Part shown: positions 1-12,500 of the stretch, piece by piece | Layout of the letters: each line of letters opens with the position of its first letter | Numbering within the stretch: position 1 is the stretch's first letter | Assembly (NCBI RefSeq): GCF_964194155.1 | Contig: NC_135909.1 | Location: 13,144,001 to 13,208,000, forward strand | Length of the DNA: 64,000 nucleotides | DNA from: Cetorhinus maximus | Taxonomy: Eukaryota | Direction: 5' to 3' | Notes under the pieces: model-generated | What the model was told of the DNA's origin: nothing | What the model saw: the letters and a program-made list of their open reading frames with translations, nothing else | Database searches by the model: none | Program-made: the position numbers and the translations under genes

Positions 1-944
1 GCAAATCTGCAACCCTCTCCCGCAAAATGCTTTTGAACCTGGAGGTCAAACTGAACATTTAGAAACTGCATCTGATAGTTTTTGTTTGTTCAGTAAGTAT
101 TTTAAGGGTTACAAAAACACGGTGGATGGATGAAGTTCAAATACAGACCAGTCACGAGCTGAACAGGATTGAGTGGAGGGCAGTCTCCGTCCGTTCCTAT
201 ATTCACATCTTCCTGGACTAAACAAATCATCACCCACTCTCTTTTTTTTTGACAGTCAAAGTTAATTTCTCCTCCCCATCTTCATAACGAAAAACTAAAC
301 CTGGAGGGAACTGAAACGAGGCTCATTCCTTTATTGAGAACATTTTCCTCTCACGATTAACGATTTCCTGTTGAACACTAGAACCCCATCCACCAGTCAG
401 TTACCAGTAACTGCTGCTGATACACAAAGAATCCTGTAACCCTGCATTCTCTATATTTCCCCAGCTGCAAATTCTTCCATCAGTTTTGGGGAATATTAAC
501 CATGAAAAATCAGTCCGATGATGATTTTGTTAACAATAACCAAATCCAATCAACCGGGCTTTTCCCTCTCTGTTAAACCTCTTTCTCGGTGGCTGCATAT
601 CTTACCAATTGGACACAGGAGTTGATCTTTCATCAGTCCAGTGGCGGACAGACCAACTGAATATTAGAGCAATTTCTGATATGGTTAAATTTCAAATGTC
701 GTTCATGAAGTTTGTTTTCCTATTGCATCGATTCCTCTGTGAAGCCGGAAGGGGTTTGTTTTTGTTACCAAATGATTGTCTGTTCCAGTCCTTCAGAGGT
801 GGGTTTTTACACTGTGCATAGACATTTTGGACATGGTGTTGAAACTATATTTCCATCATTAAACACCAGACTGAATATTCAGGGCATGTGCCAACAGCTC
901 ATGGATGCCAAAGTACATGAGTCGATTTGTTAAATGCCGTAGAT

Positions 945-2640
945 TAAAGCAAAATACTGCAGCTGCTGCAAAACTGAAACAAAAACAGAAAATGCTGGAA
1001 AATCTCAGCAGGTCTAGCAGCATCAGTGGGGAGAGAAACAGAGTTAACGTTTCAGGACCGTGTGACACTTCTTCACAGCTGAAGAGAAGCGCAAACGTGA
1101 TGACATTTCTATTGTATCAGGTGGTTGGGGGCAGAGTGGGGGTGGGGAGTGGGGGGGTGGAGTGCGGAGGAAGTGAAGCTGGATAGAAGGTCAGCGATAG
1201 TGGGGACAAATGACAGATTGACAAGGGTGCCACGAATTAAAGGATGAAGGGAGTTTTAATGGCAGTGATAAGGGCTAAGAAAAAAGATGTTGATAGTGGT
1301 GTAAAGGAAAGGAAGCAGAATGTGATCATGGGAAACAAGGGTAGCATTGTGTGAAAGAACAACATGGAACACGTAACAGGTGACCCTTTGGGGGATGGGG
1401 TGGGGATGGGGGCGGTGGTGAAGAACAAAAAAATTAGAAAATGAGACAGAAGGGGGGTAAAAAGCGTATTAAACTGTGGATAAATGAATAAAAATAAAAC
1501 TAAGTGGATAAAAAGTTTTTAAAAATAATTTAGTAAAAAAGGGGACTAAAAAGGGGGTGCGGATTGAGGAGAGAGTTCCTGGTCTGAAGTTGTTGAACTC
1601 AAGTTAAGTCCAGAACGCTGTAAACTGCCTAATCTCAAGATGAGTTGCTGTTCCTCCAGTTTGCATTGGGCTTCACTGAAAAATTGCAGCAGGACAAGGA
1701 GGGACATGTGGGCATGAGAGCAGGGTGGTGTGTTGAAATGGCAAGCGACAGACATGTCTGGGTCATGCTTGCAGACAGACAAAAGGTGTTCCACAAAGCA
1801 GTGACACCGTTTGGGTTTGATGTCCCAAGTGTAGACGAGGCCGCATTGGGAGCAACAAATGCAGTCGACCAAATTGGAAGAGGTGCAAGTGAAGCCCTGC
1901 TTCACCTGAAAGGAGTGTTCTGGCCATTCGATGGTGAGGAGGGAGGAGGTAAAGGGGCAATTGTTGCACCGTCTTCGATTGCATGGGATGGTGCCATGGG
2001 ATAGGGATGAGGTGTTGGGAGTGATGGAGGAGTGATCCAGGTTGTCCCTGAGGGAACGGTCCCTCTGGGGTGCTGGCGGGTTGGGGGGGTGGTGGTCGGG
2101 GAGGATGAGGGGAAGGTGGTGGCATCATGATTGAGTTGGACGAAATGGCGGAGGATGATCCTTTGAATATGGAGGTTGGTGGGGTGGAAAGTGAGGACAA
2201 GGGGGACCCTATCGTGGTTGTGCGAGGGAGAGGAAGGTGTGAGGAGAGAGGCGCGGGAAATGGGAGGGACATGGTTGAGGGCACTGCCAAACACAGTGGG
2301 TGGGAAACCTGGGTTAAGGAAGAAGGAAGTCATGTCAGAAGCGCGGTTTTGGAAAGTTGCATCATCGGGACACATGTGAAGGCGGTGAAGGAACTGAGAG
2401 AATGGGATAGAGCACTTACAGGAAGCGGGGTGTGAGGAGCTGTAGTTGAGGTAGCTGTGGGGGTCGCTGAGCTTGTATTGAATATTGGTGGACAGTCTAT
2501 TACCAGAAATGGAGACAAAGAGGTCAAGGTAGGGAAGGGAAGTATTGGAGGTGGACGAAGTGACGGTGATGGAGGGGTGGAAATTGGAAGCAAATTTGAT
2601 ATATTTTTCCAGGTCCGGATAGAGCATGAAGAGTCACCGA
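945..2640 (-). mobile_element. Penelope-like retroelement (RT C-terminus + GIY-YIG endonuclease + 3' terminal repeat), degenerate, 5'-truncated
   Basis: ORF 1902..2627 (LPYLDL..STNIQYK..HSYLNYSSSHP..SIPFSQF) and ORF 1546..1905 (FTCTSSNLVDCICCSQCGLVY) resemble PLE RT/thumb and GIY-YIG regions; colinear with copies at 37.4-39.5 kb and 62-64 kb. Confidence 0.85.
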
Positions 2641-4095
2641 AGTGAGTTCACCAGAGTTTGCTGGAAGTTTATCAGCATTAATGTACCCATTCAATGCATT
2701 TACGTGCTGATTGCCATTACCTCAGTCCTAGAGACTTTCTTAAGTTTAAACACAGCCTGAGAGTCCTACAGTTTGATTTTGTTTTGGCCGGATCAGGGTG
2801 CGTTGTCCAAGAGGTTTTTCAAACGTCTTTGCGTTCGAGATGGTGACATTTATTGAAATTAGGAGCATGTTTTAGAGCCCGAGAAATCATTGCAGGCAGT
2901 ATATCACTGCAACACACGTGAAGAAAATGAACACAAATGTTAAAGAAGGTTTGTCCATGTAACGGGAATCTGGATTGATCCTGATGCTGAAATCAGTCGG
3001 TTTCAATCGTGCCTGAATGAACATAGAAACCGACAGAACTGGAGTCCCGCAGTTTAATTTGATTTTATCCACACTTTAACTGTATTGTGGTATTTACACT
3101 GAGACGAGTTTGAGCCTTTTCTTGTGTTTGAGCAATCCGGTTCAGAGGGAATTAACAATCAGGGATTTGAGCAGGAATGAAATAAATTACTCAGCAGAAT
3201 GTGACTCAGGGGCACAGTAGGACAGTAAATGTTGGAGTTGGAGTATCTTTGGACAGAAGGTGTCGGGGTGTCAGTTTCTCGTGACAGAATTGATACCCAA
3301 GTTCCGCCGGTAAATCAGCAGGAACTCGATCCAACTCATCCACACAGTCAAGCTGGTGAAACAAAATGACTGGCGGCCTGGCTCTTCCGCAGATCACTCG
3401 GCTCTCGGCCTCCTGCAATGTTCCTATGAAGCTCAGGTGCGCTCGAAGAACAGCGCCTCATCTTTCAATTAGACACTTTCCAGCTTTCCAGTGAGATCAT
3501 TGAGATCAACAATATCGCTCTGGAAAAGTGTCCCCAACCCACCCACCCATTCTCCCTCCCTCCCGCGCCCCATTTTGACTTCGCTTTTCCTTTTTACAGA
3601 GGTTATTTCGAGATTCCTTTTCCACGTGTTTTTATTTTCGGATGACAGTTGTTCATCAATCTGCCATTCACTCCTCCTCCAGAAACATCCTTTGTTTCTT
3701 TACTTGTTCCATTGATCTTACAGAGAGTTTTCAAGGACACGACGGGCCTCATTTTGTGCTGTTGAAAATCTAAGAGCTTATGTTTCCCTCTCTCTGGCCA
3801 TGCAGCATAAACTATTTTCTCATTTTTTTAACCGTTTTCCAACATATCACAGGCTGTCGCTTTTATTTTTTTTTTCCCACAAACAGGCTTACAACTAATT
3901 ACAAAACTAACTTTTCCCAGTTCTGGTGAAAGGTCATCGATGTGAGACATGGACCCAGTTTCACATTCTTTGTTACTACCTGAGCTGTGGTGTAACTTTT
4001 ACATTTTCTGACTTAACAATTGTGATGTGACAGGTTGGTTAAAAGGATTGGGGAGACAATGAAAGTTATCTTTGGTTGATGTAGCGTCCCTGGCT

Positions 4096-4192
4096 GCCTC
4101 GTTGTTCCAGTCTTTAGTGGTATTATTCTCATTTAGGGGTGTTCTTTAAATTAGTTTGCTCGAGTTGTCAGGTTTAATTCCCGGACCAGCCC
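4096..4192 (+). pseudogene. tRNA-Pro(AGG)-derived pseudogene with 18-nt insert at intron position 37/38
   Basis: GCCTCGTTG..TAGTGGTATTATTCTCATTT-AGG-G [4139-4156] TGCTCGAGTTGTCAGGTTTAATTCCCGGACCAGCCC; the 36-nt 3' half aligns without gaps to vertebrate tRNA-Pro. Confidence 0.6.
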
Positions 4193-5402
4193 TCCTGAGA
4201 TGCTGAAGACATCGGCGCACTTTTCAACCTCAGAGACTCTTCTTCACTCACTCTAAGTTGGACTTTCCATCCCTGCCTGGATCCCTGTGCTAGGCGCAAG
4301 TTCAAAGTTGTTCGTTTTATAAAAACAGTAAAATTCACTCTAATTATGAAACAGGAGTTTTAAAAGTACTGCAGCTGAAAATATAGCAATAAAGGCGGGA
4401 GAATCCGATCATGCAGGTGATTATCTGTGAAGTGTGATCCTGACGCGAGTGCCCGAGTCTAGAATGACGGGGATCCATGAAGACAGAGAGTGTCTGAGCC
4501 AATAGTTCCGGGTATCTGTGGGGGGACAGGAGAAGGTCATTCAGCCCCTCCTTCGTGTTCCACCACTCAGTTAGACAATGGCTGATCTGTGCCTTAGCTC
4601 CATCCAGCTGCCTTGATTCCATATCCTATTCTACTGTTGCCTCGCAAAAACCTATCACTCACGGATTTGAAATTATTCATTGAGGCCGCATTTACTGCTT
4701 ATTAGGGAAGACAGTTTCTCACCTCTATCTTTGCGTGAAACAATATTTTTAAAGTCTCTCCTGAATGGCCCGGCTTTGTTGACATTCTGAAATAAAAACA
4801 AAGAAGCTGTTGAAAATAACTCGGCAGCTCCGGCAGCATCTGCGGCGAGTGAAACAGAGCCTCCTTAACTGGCGAAGAAGTCACATTGGAATCGAAACGT
4901 TCGCCCTGTTCCAGGTCTGGCAGCATCAGTGGAGAGAGGGACAGAGTTAATGTTTGATTCTTTGCGAGAGATACTACCAGACCTGATACCAGAGAGCGGA
5001 GCCGGGAAATTATTCTGAATGTTGCTGCTCAAACAGCGAATTGTTGATATGTGACATCGAATTGCTGTTTATCGAATCCACAAGTTCGGAGTAAAGGTCA
5101 CAAATTTCAAGTGTTGACTTTGTTTTATTCTCTCCACAGATGTTACCTGATGGGCTGAGTGTTTCCAGCATTTTATTTATATTTTTGACGTGAATAACCG
5201 AGTCCGCGCTGGATCATTCTTTAATGGTCTCTCACAAATCCAGTATCATTATTTTATCAACTTCTCCGCTCACTTTCACTCTTTGTATTTGGGCCTCGGC
5301 TCCTCCACAGTTTGCAGCATCTCACCAATTAAAACAAAACAAAACAAAACTCGATCATCCGTGGCCTCAATCAGATTATGATTCAACCCGTCCTTGTGGC
5401 TG

Positions 5403-5470
5403 GGCTGGTGGGTAAAACGGTAGCGCTTTTGACTGTAGAGTAGAAGATTCTGTGTTCAGATCACAGGGTT
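5403..5470 (+). pseudogene. Degenerate tRNA-Trp-like pseudogene
   Basis: AACGGTAGCGC..TGACT(GTA)GAGTAGAAG..GTGTTCAGATCAC resembles vertebrate tRNA-Trp (AACGGTAGCGCGTCTGACTCCAGATCAGAAG..GTGTTCAAATCAC); stems broken. Confidence 0.45.
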
Positions 5471-7249
5471 TTACTGAAATCCTGAATTTTAGATGTGGAA
5501 AATAATCATTGTTTGGGGATATTGACGAAATGATGCGTTTCAAAAGCATGATGAAAGTCATCTTTTCCAGCTGCTTGCGAAATACACACTCAGTTTTTAT
5601 TTTGCACAGTTTTATATCAATGTTTCAGGGATGTGGTGTCTCTATTGTTTCTGCAATTGCTCTGTTACCCAGTATCAGAATTAAAACACAAACTGTCCAT
5701 CGTGGAGTTTAAAACCACAACCGCCACCGTCTATACAGTCGTTTCAGTCAGTTACTGGGTGAGAGCGCGGTGTTAATATTTTATTATGTAAGCTACAATC
5801 ACGCGTTATTATTTTTCCAATATATCAAGAGATTCAAATTCGTCCTGTTAAAGCAGAATGACAGTGATTTCAGTAAGAAATGTTTACAAACAACAGCAAT
5901 TTCTTTCTGCTCACTGTACACACACATAGCGATTTGTATTAAACAGCAGGAGCGGAAATCGCAGTCCGCAATCTTCACGTTCACGTTGACCTGAATTTCA
6001 GTTTTGGGGGTAAAGATGTTTTTGTGGAAACTGAAGTCGCTTTTCCTGTGAATGGAGCCGGTTAAAGAGCCCTGGCCGGCCTGAAAGTCCCCGAGCCCGG
6101 GGCCAGCGGCAGCCTGGGGAGAAGACAGGTCCCAGAGAAAGGAAATAAGATTTGAAAGAGAGAGGGGTGCGGGCGGGGCGGGAGAGGGAGTTGTGGGGAG
6201 TCAGGGAGGGAGATCCAAGGAGGGAGGGGGGAGGGGGGAACAGCTTAGTAGGAAGCGAGGGAGAGAACTAGGGAGGAAGAGAGGGACGGAGCTTGAAGAA
6301 GAGAGGCAGTGATAGGAGGAACTGGAATTTTTCCACCACATTTTTCAACCTCAGGAACACCGAAAACCTCACGGCCAATGGTGCGGGAGTGGAGGTGTGT
6401 CTTGGTAAGTGAGATTGCTGCTTCAATGTGCACAGCAACATCCCACCGCAGCAACCTGATCAATGGCTGTATAATCTGTTTCAGAGATTCCGATGGATTA
6501 ATATTGATCCCAGGGCTCCGGGTAAGAATCCGCTTCTCTTGTTGTAACTAGTCTGGTTGGATTGTTCACATCCGTCCGAGAGGGGAAGATGGGGTTTCGG
6601 TTTCCACTGTGGTTTGTAGCTGGATATAGTGAAATATCTTAATCACCCCTCTGTGGGGTATTACACAATATTGCGATACATACTTTCCTCTTATAGAAGC
6701 TCAAGCAGCTGGAAACACTGAAGTCGTGGCTCTATCTTTACGAAATCACGCGACCTGTGATAATAAATCATAAACTCTTCCAGTCAGTGGAGATGTAATA
6801 TGGACACCAAAAATACTCACACACCACAGCAGATGTTGTTTTATTTCCCTCAGGGAGAGTCGATTGAAGAGTTATCCTTCCTTTGTCACTTTGAGTTTCT
6901 CAGTATTGTAATGCTGCCTCATTCATTCCTGGGAACATGTGGTAATCAGAGATCATCACTCCCTCCCTGCCTGAATCCGGCTGAGACAAGTGTTATCATT
7001 AAGTCCAGTCAACATCTGACCCCTTATCAGATCCGATATTTGATCCAAAGATAATATTTTCTATTATCTACACTGGGAATTGAAATTCCAGCTACACTCT
7101 CTCCCCCATCTCTTTCAACTGTGGGTGTCTGTGTCTCATTTTCTGTAACACCTCTTCAATTAACAATCTATTTCTGCTTTTCCTTACAGAGGGCAATCTC
7201 TTCTCCATTTTTTACTTTGCTGTGAGTTATGATTCAGTCAGTTGTTCTC

Positions 7250-7570
7250 TTGCTTTTTACAATCAGGGGTCTGCGAGTTCAAAACTCACTCCAGAATCCT
7301 GAGCACAAATTCAGACTGACCCTCGAGTGCAGTAATCAGTGAATGCTTCACTGTTAGTGGTGCCAGCTTTTAGATGATATGGTAAACTGAGGTGCCACCT
7401 GCCTTCTCAGGTAAATTATACCCTGCACAATTATGGAGAGGGGGGGGGGGCGGTGGTGGAGTTATTACATGGTGTCGGAGCCATCTGTCCCTCCATTAAC
7501 ATCACTTCAAAACATATTCCATAGTCTTTATCACATTGCTGTTCCTGGGAACTGGCTGTGTGCAAATCCT
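7250..7570 (+). mobile_element. Deu-domain SINE (SacSINE1/AmnSINE-like), old copy
   Basis: GAGTTCAAAACTCACTCCAGA..GAGCACAAATTCAGACTGAC..GGTGCC..TAAACTGAGG..TATCACATTGCTGTT..GCTGTGTGCAAAT follows the DeuSINE layout as I recall it. Confidence 0.6.
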
Positions 7571-8411
7571 TTAACAAATTGTTCAAAAGGGTTGGGATTG
7601 GAATGCTGTGAGGAAAAGTCAAGCGAATATTCAAAATTCTGCCAAGAGAGCTTCATTGGACAGCAGAGAAATCAGGTGAGAAATTCGAGTAAATCGACAC
7701 CAGAGAACAAGTCACCGTCAAAACTGGATCAACTCTTGCGATGATCAATGACTAAAAGGTCCGCGCATCATCAGTTCATTGACCAGAGACGCTCACAGAG
7801 TGTTTTGCACAATGCGACTCTAATGCAAACCTGAAGGAACGAAACCTTCCCAGTTCATGGTGATATTGGGGATGGAATTCCATATTCTGAACAATGGATT
7901 AAGAATGAATAATCGTATCTGTCCAAATAATGATTTACTGTGTCTTTGACGTGATGCTGTTTCCGCTCTGCTGACACTCTTGTCCTTCTCGATGGTCCAT
8001 GTAGCAGGGAGGACGCTGTTGTTCAAATTAGCATGATGAATTACTGCAGGGTGTCGTATGGATCGGACCTACAGCAGCTAATACGAGAAACTGCACCAAA
8101 TGCTTCCGCAGAAGAGATTTGTCTCATTTTCTTTTTCTATTCAAGTCATCATGGAGTGACTGAGAACAAGGGAAGGCCACTCGGATCATGGGCTGAAATG
8201 GGCCGAAGAACGGGGAAATCCTCGGCTGGTGTATTTTTTCAGCACTTACTGCTTGTGTCCGTGTGTGAATAAAAGCGATTAGAGAGGTTGGTTGCAGATT
8301 GAATTGTTTACTGGAAGTAAGAAGCTAATGCAAATTTACTGTAAAGGAAAATTAAGCTTTTTTTTTCGATCGTAGCCAGTTGTTTCCTTTTGGTGTGAAT
8401 GAGAACAAAAC

Positions 8412-8475
8412 TAGCAGAAAAAGGTCTCGATCCATGGGTTATGGGTCCAGCACGCTTTCGCAGCGCTACTTTCCT
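8412..8475 (-). pseudogene. tRNA-iMet(CAT) pseudogene with short internal deletion
   Basis: Reverse complement matches vertebrate iMet (GCGTGCTGGACCCATAACCCA..TGGATCGAGACC); variable-loop region deleted, acceptor stem mutated. Confidence 0.8.
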
Positions 8476-9344
8476 ACAAAAACGGATTCCTTCCTGCCTC
8501 GTAGTGTTGCATGTTAGACAGGAAAATATTCACTTACTCGGTACTTTTTTTAAATCAAGAGCACACGTGTTGGGAAGCTCACCCTGGCTACGCAATTGCG
8601 CTTCACACAACTCCGAATGCAGCAGAGAAAGACACAGAAAAGCAGTTAGAGACTATCAGGACACACGCAGTGACAGACAGGAAAAAGTTACGCAAACCAG
8701 CAAGGTACTAAAATGGAGAGATTGACCATTTATGAAAGAGTATTTTCCGTTGTATGGAACCTCCCCTTTTTTAGGTGTTTGACAGACCTCAGGCTTAAAG
8801 GCTGATCTCGGCCAGTCGAATTCCGAAGATCACTCCATCAAATGCCAACAAGTGATGATCGACCCCTCGGGACCAGTTGCCAGTTTAGGCTCGACTCACT
8901 GTGGTTCAGAACAGCCAAGATGAGCACAGATCCAGTAACTCGCTCTCAACAACCACACTTTATGGAAATGGGGAGGAAGCAGCACAGCAACCGCTGGCTC
9001 GTGACGCCGGGGGAGCATGTTCCAGACACCGCAGCCAGGCCGAGTGGGGAGGGTGGGGGTGGATAGTGATGATGCTGTTTGGGGGAAGCGGTGGGGCGGG
9101 GGGCGCGGAGGATGGAAGCCATGGCGCAGAGTGATGAGTGCGCAAACAGCCGACTTTAAAGCTCACAGAAAAGCGGTGTCTGGAGCTGCCCCTAGAGACA
9201 AGTTTTGGGCTGTCAGTAAAAAAAAAAAACTCCCATAATGAAGGTGCAAAATCAGGAACAGTAAATGCTGGGAACATTTAGCAGGTCCAAAGCAGCTGTG
9301 GGGAGAGCGCAATGGATTAGTGGCCCATCTGCTGCATTACCGCA

Positions 9345-9427
9345 GTCAGGATGGCCGAGCGGTCTAAGGCGCTGCGTTCAGGTCGCAGTCTCCTCTGGAG
9401 GCGTGGGTTCGAATCCCACTCCTGACA
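9345..9427 (+). tRNA. tRNA-Leu(CAG), intact
   Basis: GTCAGGATGGCCGAGCGGTCTAAGGCGCTGCGTTCAGGTCGCAGTCTCCTCTGGAGGCGTGGGTTCGAATCCCACTCCTGACA, 83 nt, A/B boxes intact, T5 terminator at 9432-9436. Confidence 0.97.
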
Positions 9428-9444
9428 ATAATTTTTCTCTCAGC

Positions 9445-9748
9445 ACCTTTCAAACCCGGGACCTCCACCAGCTGGAAGGAAAAGGGCAGCAGATGCATGA
9501 GAACACCCCCAGCAGCAAGCTCCCCTCTGAGCCACACACCATCCTGACTTGGAACTGTGTCGCTGTCCCTTCACTGTCGCTGGGGCAAAATCCTGGAAAT
9601 CCCTCTGTGGGTGTACCTACACCACATGGACTGCAGCGGTTCAATAAGGCAGCTCATCGCCAGCTTCTCAAGGGCAATTTCGGTTGGGGTAATAAATGCT
9701 GACCGAGCCATCGACACCCACATCCCGTGAAAGAATAAAACAAAAACT
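9445..9748 (+). mobile_element. 3' end of a non-LTR retrotransposon (same family as the 14160-16278 element)
   Basis: GGACTGCAGCGGTTCAATAAGGCAGCTCA..CTCAAGGGCAATT..AATAAATGCTG..CACATCCCGTGAAAGAATAAAA tail, repeated at 11200-11470 and elsewhere. Confidence 0.7.
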
Positions 9749-9974
9749 CTTGGCCACCGGAACACAGCTCAGAAAGTTCACTGATACCAGAGCAAAATTG
9801 TGCGAATGCTGAAAATCAGAAATAATAACAAACAGAAAATGCTGGAAATACACAACAATTAAACAGCATCTGTGGAGAGAAAAACAGAACTAGCAATTCA
9901 GGTCTGTGATATGACCATTTCCTTCTCTTTCAATCATTCAGCTGATAAACAGCAAGGAAGCCAATCACCAGTTA

Positions 9975-10375
9975 ATATCCCCTCCCCTTTCTACGGCACC
10001 TTTCTATGCAAGTGCACGACGCACAACACTTGCCTTTGTACCTCAATATCCAAGGCCTCAAATACTCCTTCCAAGTGAAACAGTGATGCACTTGTTCTTC
10101 TTTCAGTTTAATGTGCTGCATTTGCTGCCGCAATATGTTCTCATCTGCTTCAGGGGAGTGAGCGCTTTGAGGAATCTCCATTCAATCCGCAAGCCTGACT
10201 CTGAGCTTCCTGTCACTTGTCATTTCAATTCTCCACCTTGCTCCCACTCTGACCTTTCTGTCCTTGGTCTGCTGCAGTGTTCCAGGGTGAAGAATAATAT
10301 AAGCTCGAGGAAGAACACCTCACCCTACGCATTTCTGGCCTCAACATCGAGTTCAATAATTTTAGATTGTAAACT
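9975..10375 (+). mobile_element. Penelope-like GIY-YIG fragment
   Basis: ORF 10083..10427 contains HSIRKPDSELPVTCHFNSPPCSHSDLSVLGLLQC, homologous to the PLE at 38.6-38.9 kb. Confidence 0.7.
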
Positions 10376-10454
10376 CAGCCTCCCTCTTGTTTCATTTGTT
10401 TCTTTCAGGTTTTTTTTCCAATTTTAGTTTCTGATTTAACCTCCTTACTTTGGT

Positions 10455-11475
10455 GAGGCAGTAGCGTAGTGGAATTGCTGCTGTACTGATATTCCAGAAT
10501 AATGCCGGTTTCGAATCCTGCCACGGCATACAATGGAATTTGGATTCAGTAGAATTCAAAAATGCAAAGCCTAATGATGACCATGAAATAAATGTCTGTT
10601 GTTCGCTAGGGCAAGGAAATCTAATGACCTGGTCCGGCTGCATGTGATCCCAGACCCCAAGCAATGTGGTTGACTCTTCAAACACCTTCTCCACTCAGTT
10701 GTAACAAGGTCTTACAAAGAGAAGAAGAAAGAAACGAAACCCACCATCGATCTCGACAATGGCAATCACAGCTCTCTGTCCGACCCTGGGAAGTCCTCCT
10801 TACTAACAGTGGGGGAGCTGTGTGATAGATTAGTTTAGCAACAGCGTGTCTGACATCGTCACGGACTCATAGCTTGCAGATAATGTCCCAGTCTCCACCA
10901 TCACCATCAATGGGTATGTCCTGTCCCACCGGCAGAATAGACCGAGCAGAGGTAGCACAATGGCATACATTTGGGAGGGCTACAAGAGCAGGTTAGAGGC
11001 TAGGAATCTACAAGGATGGAATACTCTGCACTTGCATTGGAGAGTGCAACTCCTTCAACACTCAAGAAGCTGGACACCATCCGCTTGATTGGCAGCACAT
11101 CCACAAACATTCACTCCCTCCACCATCGGTGCACAGTAGCAGCAGTGTGTAGCATCTACAAAATGAACTGTAGGAATTCAACAAAGCACCTGCTACGACC
11201 TAGAAGGACAAGGGCAGTAGATAGGTGGGAACACCTAGAAATTTCCATCCAAGCTACTTCACTCACCATCCTGATTTGGAAATACATCGACGTTCTGTCG
11301 CTGGGTCAAAATCCTGGGACTCCCTTCCTAACAGCACTGTGAGTGTCCCTACATTACATGGACTGCAGCGACTAAAAAAGGCAGCTCACTACCAGCTTCT
11401 TAAGGGCAACTAGGGAGGGGGAAGAAATGCTGGCCCAGCCAGCGAAAACCTCATCTCGTGTATGAATAAAAATAC
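10455..11475 (+). mobile_element. tRNA-headed non-autonomous element: SINE-like head + LINE 5' region + LINE 3' end
   Basis: A box-like TAGCGTAGTGG and B box-like GGTTTCGAATCC; 10660-10980 is colinear with the 5' end of the 14160-16278 LINE; 10985-11470 is the LINE 3' end. Confidence 0.6.
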
Positions 11476-12156
11476 ATACATTGCACTTGGAAGCCTGCTC
11501 TCTAGCCATTCTCACCTCATCTGGACCCACCTTTTGTTTCTTTGCCTGTTCCAGTAAATCTCCCTTTGGCTTTGGCACTGTGAAACCTTTTTTAAATTTA
11601 ATCTCCCTGGGCTCCCACACCATTACAGATCTTCGCTTCTCTTCAACCTATTCCCAAAACCGGGACTCGTTCACTTGCTCAAAACCTCTTACATTTCTAT
11701 CTTTCCTCAGTTCAGATGAAGTGTCATCAACCTTAAACATTAATTCGTTTTAACTCCACAGATGCTGCTGAATATTTCCAGCATTTTCCGTTTTTATATT
11801 ATAGTCTGCTCCTTGACTGATAACACATCCCTTTTAAGGACAGCGTGAATTATCTGGAACTGGTAACAAACCACTTTTAAACAGACAGAGTCATATTTAC
11901 ACAGCTTCGATTCCCTGACAAAAGACAACATTTTACGGCTTCCATTGTGTGCCCACGGGATCAATTCCCATGCCAGCTTCTCACACCCTTCCTGCTCTAC
12001 AGAATGTAGGACTGATTTCAATCCATGAAACATAGAATGATAAAGGACAGAAAGGACAGAACGCTGGCTGGGCCAGCATTTCTTCCCCCTCCCTAGTTGC
12101 CCTTAAGAAGCTGGTGGTGAGCTGCCTTTTTTAGTCGCTGCAGTCCATGTAATGTA

Positions 12157-12500
12157 TCACCACCTTCAACACCTCTTTGATCCTTTTGTCTGTGACATCT
12201 TTTGATTATCTGCTCCTATCACTGCTTGCTTGTCCCTACAAACACCTCCCCCCCCTCAACTTCTCTTCCCCCCCCTTCCCCTCCACCCCCCCACCCCTTT
12301 CCCCCCCCCCCCCCCCCCACCTTAAACCAGATTATATTTCACGCCTCTCCTAACTATACTCAGTTCTGCTGAAGGGTCATGAGGACTCGAAACATCGACT
12401 CTTTTCTTCTCCGCCGATGCTGCCAGACCTGCTGAGTTTTTCCAGGTAATTCTGTTTTGTTTTGGATTTCCAGCATCCGCAGTAGTTTTTTGTTTTTATT
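12157..12500 (+). mobile_element. Penelope-like 3' terminal fragment; the whole insertion is flanked by a 12-bp TSD
   Basis: Matches 39212-39460; AAGGACAGAAAG at 12043-12054 and 12501-12512. Confidence 0.75.

Noticed and set aside
5403-5470. Trp-body tRNA with a GTA anticodon as a recoding tRNA
   Set aside because: Acceptor and anticodon stems are broken; ordinary decay explains it
5760-6420. CpG/G-rich segment with CCAAT and a GTAAGT donor; possible promoter or G-quadruplex
   Set aside because: No linked exon or gene could be identified; short motifs alone are insufficient
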